The position numbers and the translations under genes are program-made. From Cenococcum geophilum (Eukaryota): DNA of 64,000 nt. A model generated the notes under the pieces. The model searched no databases. It had not been told where the DNA came from and saw only the letters and a list, made by a program, of their open reading frames with translations. The number at the start of each line of letters is the position of its first letter. The stretch's first letter is position 1. The DNA is taken from contig CP158635.1 of NCBI GenBank assembly GCA_050273025.1, positions 17,918,001 through 17,982,000 on the forward strand. The letters run 5' to 3'. Below, piece by piece: positions 14,492-26,856 of the stretch.

Positions 14492-14706
14492 TATAAGGGA
14501 TATTATTGCGGATACCTTAGGTTGCTCTTAGGACAACCCCCGGACGCCCCTTAAATAGTCGCCGGTTACGTGCTAGAGGCACGTGCCCGTAGTATATAGT
14601 CTCTACAGTCCTAAAGGCCTTACCTCCTTAAGGATTTGTCTCTCTTACTAATCTATCCTATTCCAATTATGTCCTTATAGCCCCCTATTTATAAGATCCC
14701 CTTATA
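14492..14706 (+). repeat. 3' LTR of Gypsy element 1
   Basis: Follows the G-rich PPT; matches 5784-5998; followed by TSD TATAG. Confidence 0.95.
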
Positions 14707-15804
14707 TATAGTCCTTTAGTTATATTTATATATTGTTAGTAAAACCTAGGATGGCTACGCGACTAGCTATATACGTAAGCTATATAACGAAGGCGGTTTG
14801 GCCTTAGTAACGAGAGGTAGGAGTATATATAGATTTAAATTGGGTTACGATGTAGTGTAAATCTAATAGTGTTAACCTATTATAGTAGGTGGGCGGTAAA
14901 GTATCTATAGCTCTATGCGTGACGAAGACTACTGCTAGTAGCTTAGGGTATACTAATTAGGAATAAGAGGCGTTATAAAAAGTAGGAGGAAGGTGCTATA
15001 AAGTAGGTGCTTTAATAATTAACAGGAGCGTAAGTTAGAATTAGGGTACTAGGCAGATTAAGCGTTATAACTAATATATTAGCAGCCTGTTATAAATGGC
15101 TTTTTAGCTTTATAGTAATATAATTATTTAAGGGCTTACTGGATGTCTTAGCCTACTATAAAAAATATAGCAGCTTATAAATACATTAGGAGAGGTTACT
15201 TAAGGTTTGTTCTGCTAAGCACTAAATAGTAGCACGTACGCTAACGCTACGTAAAATTATCTATTCTGCCCCTCTAGAAAGTCTAGGCCGCTACTAAATA
15301 ATTACACTTACCCTTCCCTTTTCCCTTTTTAATAAAGGCCGCGCCTATCCTCTATAATTTATATTATAAAAAACCTATCTTAAATAGGAGGCTATCTATA
15401 GATTAGGGCTAATTTTAGCAAAATTAGGGAAAGAGCTAAAGGATAAGTAGAAAGAGAGCGATAAAGATATAGAGATATGCCTAGATAAACTTTTACCTCC
15501 CCTTATAGAGCTTATATAAAAAGTAGTGGATCTTTACTAAGTAAATTAAAAAGAAAATTATATCTTACGCTTTTACTAAAATGGTTATAGATTTGGCGAA
15601 AAGAAGTTAACTTCATTTAAGTAAAAAAATAAATCGTTTTACTTTCTCTTCTCTATTAGCTTAATTGACTTAATTCCTATATGGGCGCTAAATAGTATAC
15701 TAAAAGTTAAGGAGCAATGTTTTAAAGTAGGAGAAACAACGTATATTATAAAGGGAGTTAATATATCTCCAGCTATGGAATTTCTCTTTCTCTGCTAAGC
15801 TAAG

Positions 15805-16228
15805 TATAACGGAACCTTGTAGCAGGTACTATAATAGGCTCATTAATAGGCTAGGTATATAGGTGAAGTAAGTTAAAGTTAACAATGTAATAATAACTAG
15901 TGGAGTAGTTGCCTAATAGATTAACTTTAATTGTATTCTAAGAATTACTATAAGGAAGGAACTATCTAGGTAGGGACTGTAGTCCTTTAAATACACAACT
16001 ATACTCCTATAAAATCCTCCTTATACGTAATATACGTACGCTCTATTTACTCTGTTACGGATTATATAGATCCTATAGATTATATAGATCACATTATATG
16101 ATCTTAGTTACTATTTCTTATTATATAGCTCTACCGGCTCCATCTTAGACCGTACTTAAATTAACTAACTAGCTTCTTCCGACTCTTCCCTAAGTAGTTA
16201 TAATATCGTACTTAAAGCGTCCGTAATA
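15805..16228 (-). repeat. 3' LTR of Gypsy element 2
   Basis: Colinear with 23325-23748; adjacent to the PPT. Confidence 0.95.
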
Positions 16229-16336
16229 CCATCTCCCTCCTCTTTATCTTTATCCTTAAAGATTCCAAATATCTCTAGGTTATTTACTAGAGGTATAATA
16301 TCCGTCTAATTAATTTAGTTAATATTATTGCTTATT

Positions 16337-17000
16337 ATACCTAAAGCAATTTCTTTGTCCTTAACTGCTTGTTGTGCTCGCACTATTACTACAATATTGT
16401 CTCTTAGTGAGATTATACTGTCTCTATATTCTCGTTATTTAAAAGAGGGGTTAGTCTATATTGCGTTAGCGAATCCATCTTTATAATAACCGTCCTCTTA
16501 TTTAAAGTATACGAAAGCGAATGTTTATTTATCCTATAACGTTCGCTTTGTCTCTAATACTAAATATACGCGACCTATTACTCTAAATAGTCGTCTAGTT
16601 CCCTAATTAATTTATCTTAAGGTTTTGTGTTTAATCTATTGCTATACGGCTAGATAATAAACTGTCTGTTGCTCTAGCGGAGTTGCGCCGTTCTTATAAT
16701 GCAGAATAGGAAGCTGCTAATACTTAGCAACGGGCCCTTAAGTCTTATCTTACGGTATCCGCTTAATTAATCCGTCTTAAGAAGGTTTATAAGAAGGTCT
16801 ATTTTAAGGAATAAAAACTTATAAAATAGGGTTTATAGGAACTTAGTAATAAAAGGACGGACCCTCTTTTAATAGAGAAGGAAATAAATTCGAGTAGCTC
16901 AGTAACTGCACTTCTTAGGTCCCCCTTAGGTAACTTATTTTTTAGTAATCCTTCTTTATTAATATTACCTGACCTAATCTCTTCTAATACTCCTATACCT
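16337..17000 (+). pseudogene. Antisense Zn2Cys6-like plus coiled-coil gene inside Gypsy element 2
   Basis: Reads LYSRYLKEGLVYIALANPSL**PSSYLKYTKANVYLSYNV; TAT>TGT reversion gives C-x2-C-x6-C-x12-C-x2-C-x8-C. A probable degraded intron at 16566-16620 is followed by helical RLDNKLSVALAELRR..LIRLKK..LIK*GL*EL. Confidence 0.7.
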
Positions 17001-20000
17001 TTCCTATAGTGTTTTTTAAATTCTCTAATAGTTCCTAGGTAGTCTTAGTATAGCCTATCCACCTAACCTTGTACTATATTTTATTGTTAACGTCCTTATA
17101 ACTAACAATCTTTAAAACTTACTATTTATCTTCTTCTTGCCCTTTATATATATCTGCTTTATAAACCGGTGGCTTAATATCTCTATATGCTAGCTCTAGC
17201 ATCGCGATATACTATATAGGGTAGATCTTTATTCTAGCTAGTAGGTTTAACTTAAATGTAACTAGTGAAATCCTTTACGTAATTTTAAAAGGTCCTAGTC
17301 TGACGTAGTTTAACTTCTTACTTAGTTGTTAACTCTTGAAATTTTTATATAGTAGCCATACTTTATCTCCCTCCTTAAGATCTGGTCCCTTAGATCTCTT
17401 AGCGTTATAGTACTTTTTTATTCTCTTTTATACTTCTTTTATTAATTCTATAAGGTTTATATAAAGATTTATTAATATCTTTATTCTTTCTTTAGCTATA
17501 CTACTTATCTTCTTCACTTGCTATAGTAATAACAATATTCTTAGCTTATACCTATAATTTACCTTAAATAGTAATATACCTATTCCTTTTTAAGGTGTTA
17601 TATTATATATAAACTATATAACTAGTAATAATAATACCTAATTATTCTATACGTAATTAACATAGTGCCTTAAATACTACTCTAGTGTCTAATTTAATCT
17701 TTCTATCTAACTGTCTGTCTGCAGATAATATATAGTAGAAGTTGCTACTCTAACTCTTTATTCCGCTAAGAATACCTCTTAGAATGCTACTATAAATCTT
17801 AGATCTCTATCTAATATAATCTTACCTAGTACTCTATATCTTGCAAACACTTTCTTAATATAGATTTTAGCGATATTCTCTACTAATATTTCTTCTATAT
17901 ATGCTATAAAGTATCCCCACTTTATAAGCTTGTCTACTATTACTAAAATTACGTTATAATCTTATCCGGTAATAGGGTCTTTTAACTTTAGCAACTTAAT
18001 AATAAAGTCCTATAATATAACCTCCTATAGTCTCTCTAGTATTTTAATAGGTTATAGCCCTCCATATAGCTTATGCCTTATTAGTTTATTTCTTTAATAA
18101 TTTAGATATTCTTTTATAACTTTCCGTACTAAGCCTTAGATTCTATTAATAATATACTCCTCTTAGAGTCTTAACACTAAGCCTTTAGCTCCATTATATC
18201 CTTAAGTTATTCCCTTATAGAAATCTTCTATAAAATACTCTGCTATGCTTCTTAGGATATACTTAGCTTCTCGATTTTTGTATATATCCGCCTATAGATC
18301 TTCTAGCTATACCTCTAGAATTCTTTATACCTAAAAGCTTTCTAGTGTCTTATAAACTCTTTCTAGTTCGTTATTCTCCTAAGTTGCTATAATTTTTAGA
18401 TAATTATACCTAATCAATCCATCTATATCTTTTTATAGTAAAGCCCCTAATGGCTTCTTATCGCTTTATAGTTTAGCTTTTTAACTTAGAGTATCTACTT
18501 ATATATTGTTTGTACCCTTAGTATACTAAATTTTAAAATAGTATTTTATAAGTATCTCTACCCATCTAACCTATCTTTAGTTAAGTTCCTTTATTATTAG
18601 GAATCCTATTAGGTTCTTATAATCCGTCTTAATTATAAATAGTTTCTCTATACCGTATAAGAATGCTCTCTATTTTTTTAGTGCTATAACTATACCTAAT
18701 AACTCCTTATTATAAATGTTATAGTTTAACTCTAGTAGTATTATCTTCCGACTGTAGTATACTACTAGGTGCTATCTATTTTAATATTTCTGTATAAAGT
18801 ATGCCCCTAGTATATAGTCTAATACGTTTATATCTATAACCATTTCTAGTCCTAGTTAATAGATCTTAAGAACTAGCTCTTAGGTAAACAACTCTTTAAC
18901 TTTTCTAAAGAGTTCTTACTGCTCCTCTCCCTATACCTATAGTTCTTCTTTCTTCGTTAATTATATAAATAGTTTAATATCCCTTAACCATTACGCTATA
19001 AACCTTCTACAGTAATTGCAAAACCCTAGAAATAATCTTAACTATATAACGTTCTCCAGTTCTTGCCAATTTACTATAGCCTTAATCTTTTTTAGATCTA
19101 TACTAAGTTGGCCTAGTTTAATAATAAATTTAATAAAATCGGTTTTCCTAGTAAAGAACTCGTATTTCTTAATTGCTACTAGCATCTATTCTTCCTATAG
19201 TCTCTTTAAGACCCATTTAATATGTTCCCCGTATTCTTTCTTAGTTATTAAGTAGATAATAATGTCGTTAAGGTATACTATAATAAACTTATTTAAGTAT
19301 TTTCCTAATATATTGTTAATACGCTTCTAAAATGTTGCTAGTATATTTATAAGCCCGAATTGCATAACTAATAGCTTATATAGTCCTTCCTTTAACCTAA
19401 AAGCTGCCTTTTATTTATTACCTTCCTTAATTCTAATCTAATAGTACGCCTATCTTAGATCTATCTTTATAAAGATTTGCGCGTTACCTATTCTATCCTA
19501 AATCTCGCTAATTAAGGGTAAAGAATACCTATCCTTTCTAGTAATACTGTTTAACTATCTATAGTTAATATACAGCCTTAGTTTACCATTCTTTTTTGGT
19601 ATAAATAGTACTAGATAACCCGCTGATAACTGCGATGGTCTAATATATCCCTTTTATAAGTTTTCTTAGATAAACTCTTTTAATACTCTACCTTCTTCCT
19701 TAGTAAGCTTGTAGGTTAGAAAGAATATTAGACTTATTCCTAGTTCTAATTCTATCTTATAGTCCTATACTATATACTTTAACAGCTTTTCACTTTCTAG
19801 TGACTATAGTTTTTTGCTATACTTGTAGTATCTCTTTAGTATATAACTTAAGCCTTACTTAGTCTCTTCGTATATCGCTCCTACTTAGTACTATACCAAC
19901 TTAGCTTATTGTTATAACTTGCGGCGTTAAGTATCTCTAATATTGACTTAACCTGTAACCTAATTGATTTTTAGATTGTATTTCTATAACCAAGGCATTC

Positions 20001-23000
20001 CTAGTACTGCCTTATCACTTCCCAATAGTAATATATTAAAAGACATTTTAATTTATCTCCCTTTAATAGTTAACTAAATAGGTCCTGTTTTAAGATTAAT
20101 AATACCTCCTCTATAAGCTATTAGATCTCCTAAAATTGTTACTAATAGGTAAGGGTGCTCCTTTTTCCTATATAGTAAACCCATTCTTTTAACTGCTGCT
20201 AGTGAGATATAGTTTCTTATTACTCCACTATCTATTAATGCTTTAAATTATTAATCTTGCCACTTAGCTTATAAATTTAGGTGTTAACCTTAAATTCCTT
20301 TAAGGGTCTGAGGCTCTACTACTGGCTCCCTCTAGTCCTATAGGCCTCTACTTTTCCTAACTATTAGCTACTTAATCCTATTTATACTTGGTCTACTTTT
20401 AGCCAATACTTAGTTTACTTTTTATCTTTAATGTGCCATAGATACGTATTCTCTAGGCATTCTTCTATAAGGAATCTTTCTAGCTAAAGTATTAAGTTAC
20501 CTAACTCCTAAACTTCTACTAGATGCTAGCTATGTATATACTTAGCGTTTTGATACCTCTATTCTTCTACTAGCCAATACATCCTTATAGGGTATTTTTA
20601 ATACTTGTCCTTTGGTGCTCTATATATATTATACGCATCGTCTATATATGCAATCCACGCCAATATATAATATACTTGGTATCTTAGGTTAACTCTTGGT
20701 TCGTCTTTATCCTTAAGTTTAAACCTTTCTTATGTTAATCTAAGCGTTATGACTTTATTCGCAGGTATTAAGATACATCTCTCGCTTCTCTAGCTCTCTA
20801 AACACTTCTTTAGATCTTTTAATGTTATAACTAAGGCTCCCTTAATATAACTTATCGCTTTTTCCGTAATTAGGTAGTCCTAGATGACTTTCTCATCTAA
20901 CCATATATAGAAATCTTCCTACTTATCGTTGTGCCTTTGCCTATACTACTTTTAGTATAACTGCTAGAGTGTATACAGTTCGTTTGTAAGGAAGTATCTT
21001 CTTATTACTATATCGTAACAGCCTTTTATATGTCGTTCTTTAAACCTAGTTGGAATCCCTAAATCCTCTTTATTTTCCAGTTTAGTAAGCTACTTAGCTC
21101 TTAGTGTGCCTGCTCTAGGTCTATTAGTAATTCTTTATATAGGTGCTCTGTCCCTTATACGTCCTAATATACTAGATCTCTTATCTAGTTTCTAATCTTG
21201 CCATGCGATAATTCTTCGCCTAAATTCTTCTATGGTTTTTTTTGGTTTGCGCCTTATGCTTAGATCCTTAAAGTCTTCTTACTTCTTAATCTTACTATTA
21301 ACTTTTTAATCCTTAGGCTAAACACTATGTTCTCCTAGTAAGTCCTCTGGGTTTATATATCTGTCTTCTAGTCTAACTGCTATTTATATTATAGATTTTC
21401 TAATCTGTAATAAAGCTCCTTACTTCCTATTTATAGGTATCTATATTCGTACTCTAAATTCTTAGTCCCTTAGATTCTTTAATCCCGAGCTTACTTCTAA
21501 CTTAAGCTTTGCTCCAGCCTTAGTCCAACTAGGCTTAGGTGTTCTTATCTTGTCTTAAAAGTCTTAAATCTCACTTATCTTATCTTAAGAGTCTTATGCC
21601 TATAAGAAACCCTATCCCGAGCTCATTCTTATATCTTTAAACTAAGCTACTGCCCTACTCTATTGGTTTTTGTCTGTTATAGGTCCTTGGGTTTACCTTA
21701 TCTCGTCTTAAGAATCTTAGTCGTCTCTTATCTTGCCTTAAGAATCTTAAGCCTTTAGCTTCTTGCCTTTATTAAGTGCCGAAGTAGTTTGCTGCCCTAC
21801 TTCTCTTACGTCTCGCGAAGCGATAGACATTGTATCTAGCGGGGTCTTAATCCCTACTAATATTCCCTATTCTATATTGGAATCATTCTCTACCTTTATT
21901 ATAATATCTCTAAGGTCCGCATGCTTCTAGTAAGCCGCCTTCGTTGCCTTATTATTATAAAATGTTTTACCTACGTTAAATTTATTGTTTTTAATATCTA
22001 ATCTGCGAACTAGTTTATTGGTTCCTCTATACTCTATAGATTTTGGCTCCTATAGCTAATAGCTTACGCTATACTTAGCGTTTTTATAAATTTGGTATGC
22101 GTTGTTATAACAGAACGCAAAACTTCTAATTAAATACTCTTTTGTTCCTTATAGCATACTATTATCCCTCTATATATATATATCTTCTGCTATTAGTCGG
22201 GTTCCCTTTATTATATAGTAACTCTAACTATCTTTATAATCCCTTACAAAATGACCTTATTTCCCGTAATTTATATAAGCTCTATCTTTAAACTATTAAC
22301 TTTGCTATAGAGTCCGCCTAAACGTCTTCTATTATTAAGATCCCTAGTTTAGCCTCTGCTCCTTAGTCCTATAATTACTAGATCCTTAACCTCTAGGTTT
22401 CTATAATTTCTTACTCTATTTCTTATAGGCTTCTCTAGTACTACTTAGGTCCATTAGCTCTGCGCTATACTATAGTTTCTAACTTAGCTTTAGTTAATGC
22501 GTACTCTACGCCTTATATAACTGTGGAACTCTATTCTAACCTTTCTTAGCCTATTCCCTTTGGTAGATCCGATTATTAATCTTAATTACTTAATCTATTA
22601 GTTCCCTTAGGGTGTCCGTATCTTCAATTAGGATAATTATATCCTAGACTTTAGCCTTAAGTCTTTGCTTATACTATGCTATAAGCGCCTTATTATTCTA
22701 CTTAACTTATATTACTAGCGTCTAGAACTGTATAGTGTACTTAATTGCTAAGGTTCGCTGCGTAATATCCTAGAGTTTTCTTTCTACTATAGTCACTGCC
22801 TCCGGATCTCTAAATATTTATATAAGTTACTCTGTAAACCCTTCCTAGCTTAAGAATATAAATCGCACCTCTTAATTAGTGGTCGTCATTCCGTTTGCCT
22901 ATATCTCCGTAAGGTAAGACTTAAACTACTTAAGTGCTTTTCCTAATAGGAATAGTCCCGCATAGGCTATTCGATCTATAGGTATTAGTAGTTTTGCCCC

Positions 23001-23280
23001 TTCCTATATAACCTTAAAGTGCATTTACGTAAGGAATCCTTTAAGCTTTAATCTCTCTCCTAAGAATCTCTTAATTAATAGTAACTTAATCCTTACCGCA
23101 CCTATCCCATTAACCCTTTCTTCCATTACTGCATTATTAGCTATCAACTAGTCGACTATCTCTTGTAACTGTCCGACCGTTATAGGTTGCTATAAGTTAG
23201 TATCTGCTATGCTGGTATCACCTAACCTTAAAGTAGTTGCCGCCGTCAATAGCGTCATAGTGGCTGCTTTTGGTGGTATA
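16990..23280 (-). pseudogene. gag-pol of Gypsy element 2
   Basis: Gag zinc knuckle YINYGK*GHFVRDY (CxxCGKQGHxxxDC) ~22240-22280; protease ALIDSG ~20225-20242; RT YLND(D) ~19264-19275; RNase H ~18500-18850; integrase ~17400-18250; chromodomain YKVRWIGY ~17000-17130. Confidence 0.92.
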
Positions 23281-23324
23281 TTATTCAACTTTTTACACTT
23301 ATTACCATAACTAGGTAGTGATTG

Positions 23325-23748
23325 TATAACGGAACCTTGTAGTAGGTACTACGATAGGCTCGTTAATGGGCTAGGTATATAGGTAAAGTAAGTTAAAGTT
23401 AATAATGTAATAATAACTGGTGGAGTGGTTGCCTAATAGATTAACTCTAATTATATTCTGAGAATTACTACAAGGAAGGAACTATCTAGGTAGGGACTGT
23501 GGTCCTTTAAATACACGACCGTACTTCTATAAAATCCTCCTTATATGTAATATACATACGCTTTATCTGCTCAATTATGGATTATATAGATCCTATAGAT
23601 TATATAGATCATATTATATAACCTCGGTTACTATTTCTTGTCACATAGCTCTACCGGCTCTATCCTAGACCGTGCTTGAATTAACTAACTAGCTTCTTCC
23701 GACTCTTCCCTAAGTAGTCGTAACATCGTACTTAAAGCGTCCGTAACA
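23325..23748 (-). repeat. 5' LTR of Gypsy element 2
   Basis: Ends CCGTAACA on + (TG start on minus), followed by TSD CTAAG. Confidence 0.95.
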
Positions 23749-23799
23749 CTAAGGAAGAAGATTATTAGGCTTAGGTAAAAGGTAATCTAAGGAAATAGT

Positions 23800-25680
23800 A
23801 TGCATTCTTGTAAAATTAAAGTCTATATTCTTATCTAATGGAAGACTTAGAGGCTAGTGGTAATAGTATCCCCTTATTATCCCTAAGTTGTAGTTTAATG
23901 CCGGAAGTAAACTTTAAGGTATATTAAGCTCCGTATCTAGATTAACTCTTTACATCTAAATTATTCCTTTATTTGTATTAGATGGCGTTTTTAAAGGTTA
24001 AATATTCTAGTAAGATGTGGAAGAATAAAATAAGTAAGACTGTATATCGTTCTAGGCTTTGCCGTTAGAGTAGTAAAGAGAGTTAGCAGTAATAATAGGA
24101 TTTATAGCTAATAGAGTAGGTTAGTAATAGTGTTTTATACTTCCTTAGTAAAACACTATAAGGAGAGTAGAAGTACGTACTATTAAATAAAGCAGTTATA
24201 ATATTAGATAGTAGACTTATTAGCTCTATATCTTGCGTCTTTTATATCTGCTCTTAAAGCTAATCCAAGAGATTAGAGCCCTTATTATCCGCTATCTTAT
24301 TATCCGCCACCTCGTCGTCCGCCACTATATTATCCATCATCTTGTCGTCCGCCTCGCCATTATTTATTTCTATAATAAGGTTAAAATTCAAAGGATTATC
24401 CTAGTGGTATATTTAAAGGTTCTCCTTTGCGACCTCTTCGTTATATTTTATAATGCGGCATAATTTTAATAAGCTATAGGTATTACTAGTAATTTTTAGT
24501 AATAAATAGATAGGGCAAAACGGTCTCTATCCTTGGATCTTAGTGAATGGTTTAATGTATTTAGGACGTCCTAGGTGTTTTTTGAATTCGGAGGAGGTAT
24601 CTTGAAGATAATCTGCAAAAATTTAGTACCTTTTAAACGGCATTACGCCTAACTATATTAGTAATCTCCTAAGGTATAAGTGGAATTATATACACAAAAC
24701 AAAGATTTTAGAACTCCTATAGCCCCAACCTTTTTAGTACAACTTTGAAATCTGCTAGAATATCTAAAGCGCGCCCTGATAAAGACGTGCTAGGTGCCTT
24801 ACCTAAGATTTACTAAAGACTATTCGCATTATTTCCTTAACTTCTTTTAGATCCTGGCCTAGGGATATTATTAAATAGTAAAGAAGGGTAAATATAATAG
24901 TTTAGTAACGGCTTAATTAATTATAAAACTCTCCTATCTTTTTATTCCGTTTTTAAAATTCTATATAATTCGCCGCAACTTCTTCTAGCGTAAAGCTATT
25001 ATTTTCTAAAAGCAAGCCGCGGTCTTAAAGTGCCTCGCTATAACTAAGTAGATGTAATATTGTAATATAATTCTGTTTAATAGATTTAAGGTAAGTAGCA
25101 TTCCTTCTACCTTGCCATTTAGACGCGTTAGGAACGCCTTTAGTAAATCTACTTAACCGCTATATCTAAGGGGGATCTTTATCTTTTTAGGGAGTTAGAG
25201 GGTTAGATTAGTGCTAAGATTAAAGTAAAGGGCTAGTTTGTTAGTAAGGCTGAGGCTAAGAATTAATCGAGGGGAGAGGTAGAATTGGGGCGCTAGATTA
25301 ATGCTAAGGTAGAGGCAGCAAGGTTAAAGCGCTTTCCTAAGACTAAAGTTAAAAGCTAGATTGTTAGTAAGGCCATAGCTAAGAATTACTTAAGGGGAGA
25401 GGTAGAATTGGAGGGCCAGATTGGTGCTAAGGTAGAGGCAGTAAAGTTAGAACGCTTTACTAATACTAAAGCGAAGAGCTAGGATAAGGGGCAATTTAAT
25501 CTACTTAATTTTAAAGGTAAACAACTTCCTTCTTAAGTGAAGAAGAATATTCCTAAGGTAATAAAGGTAAATAACTTCCTTCTTAAGCAAAGAATAGGAT
25601 TCCTTAAGGTAACGAAGGTACTTTTCTTTATCTCCTTTAAAATTATAAAGACTCTTTCTACCGTTTATATTGTCTCTTAA
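23800..25680 (-). pseudogene. Unknown gene remnant with Ser/Pro-rich 123-bp repeats and an acidic tract
   Basis: 123-bp period repeat (AGGGGAGAGGTAGAATTGG at 25270 and 25393); readable minus frames (..KGWGYRSSKIF.., EADDKMMDNIVADDEVADNK). Confidence 0.4.
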
Positions 25681-26165
25681 CTTAAGGCTAAGCTTATTAT
25701 ACGTTGGAGGGAGAAATCAGGAAGAGACCTATCCTAGGTCAGCGCGCTAAGCCTAATTAAGGGCCCCTTTTTTGACAGCGCGCTAATATACGACCAACTA
25801 TATAGGCAAAGCAATAACGCCATTAGAAAGTCGCTTTCCTTCCCCACTATAAACCTTATACTTTCCGCAATCCACGATCTATTACGCATTAATTAGTTTA
25901 GTCTTTGTATCCTATTAGGAAGATATAAAAGCTTTTAGCGGATATTAATATTAAGTCCAATATTCGCGGCGTTCTATAAACGATTTATAAAAGAAAGAGG
26001 TACAGCTTTTAAGACGGCATATTCTTAATTTAAAAAAAAAGACAAGGTTATAATAATATAGAGCTAACTTCGCCCGGTTTAAATAAGTATGCACGTTTGC
26101 CTTATATACTATATTTACTGCCTTAAGCTTTTTTATATAGCTTTTATTTATCACTCCTTTTACTA

Positions 26166-26856
26166 CCTAGTATAGTTATTATAGAAAGCTTATAAGTTAC
26201 TAGGTCTATTAAGGAATAAAAGGTTTATACTCTCCTTTTTTCCTATATAGTGTTACCTAAAACCTATTACACTATTATATATAATTAGTCTTTAAATCTA
26301 GTACTAGGAGGTAACTGACCCCTAGACGCCCTAGGTGCCTTCTTTTATATTAGGCACTAATTTACTAAAGAAGCCGCTTAATTAAGTCATTTTAGTAGTA
26401 GCTTGCCTTATTTCTAAAGAATAATGCCTTATAAGCTAGCCCTCTCCCTTTTTCGCCTTTATTGTTTTCCTTTTAGATATTTAAGATTATGGCTTCCGTA
26501 GGCAGATTTATTTACCTTACTCTCTTTACTGTAATGGTTTAGATTTATAGGAATCTAAACCCCTCTATTATTAAAATAGGGCTCTTTAGTTAGTTAGTTT
26601 TATTTAACTGCTTTTTATCTTTGGCTTGCGCGATTGGTCTATATATAGGATTACCCTATATCCGTACTCTCTATTTAGTTAATTAGTGTATAGTTTGTAT
26701 TAGCAGTTTCTGTTATATTCTGTACCATTAAGGAGACTAGTTATATTATAATCGCAACCGGGATATATAAAGCCCCTCCGATTTTAGCTATTAGTTTCCT
26801 AATGTATAATATAGTTATATAGCCTTAGTATTAGGCTTTATAGTAATTGTTATAAA
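26166..26856 (-). repeat. Diverged inverted duplicate, copy B
   Basis: Reverse complement of 804-1567, with transitions, transversions and indels. Confidence 0.9.

Larger units (their letters stand above)
5784..14706 (+). mobile_element. Full-length Ty3/Gypsy chromovirus LTR retrotransposon (RIP-inactivated), 8923 bp
   Basis: 215-bp LTRs at 5784-5998 and 14492-14706; 5-bp TSD TATAG at 5779-5783 and 14707-14711; purine-rich PPT at 14472-14488; PR-RT-RH-IN-chromodomain order inside. Confidence 0.97.
15805..23748 (-). mobile_element. Full-length Ty3/Gypsy chromovirus LTR retrotransposon 2 (RIP-inactivated), 7944 bp
   Basis: 424-bp LTRs at 15805-16228 and 23325-23748; TSD CTAAG at 15800-15804 and 23749-23753; minus-strand PPT GGAGGGAGATGG at 16229-16240. 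Confidence 0.97.

Noticed and set aside
19016..19255. Plus-strand 79-aa ORF (likewise 11222-11446, 12968-13219, 24233-24463)
   Set aside because: Shadows opposite RT, integrase or other coding relics; no independent motifs.
804..26856. Terminal inverted repeats of a DNA transposon
   Set aside because: The arms are diverged with indels, no TSD is evident and no DDE transposase was recognised between them; kept only as an inverted duplication.
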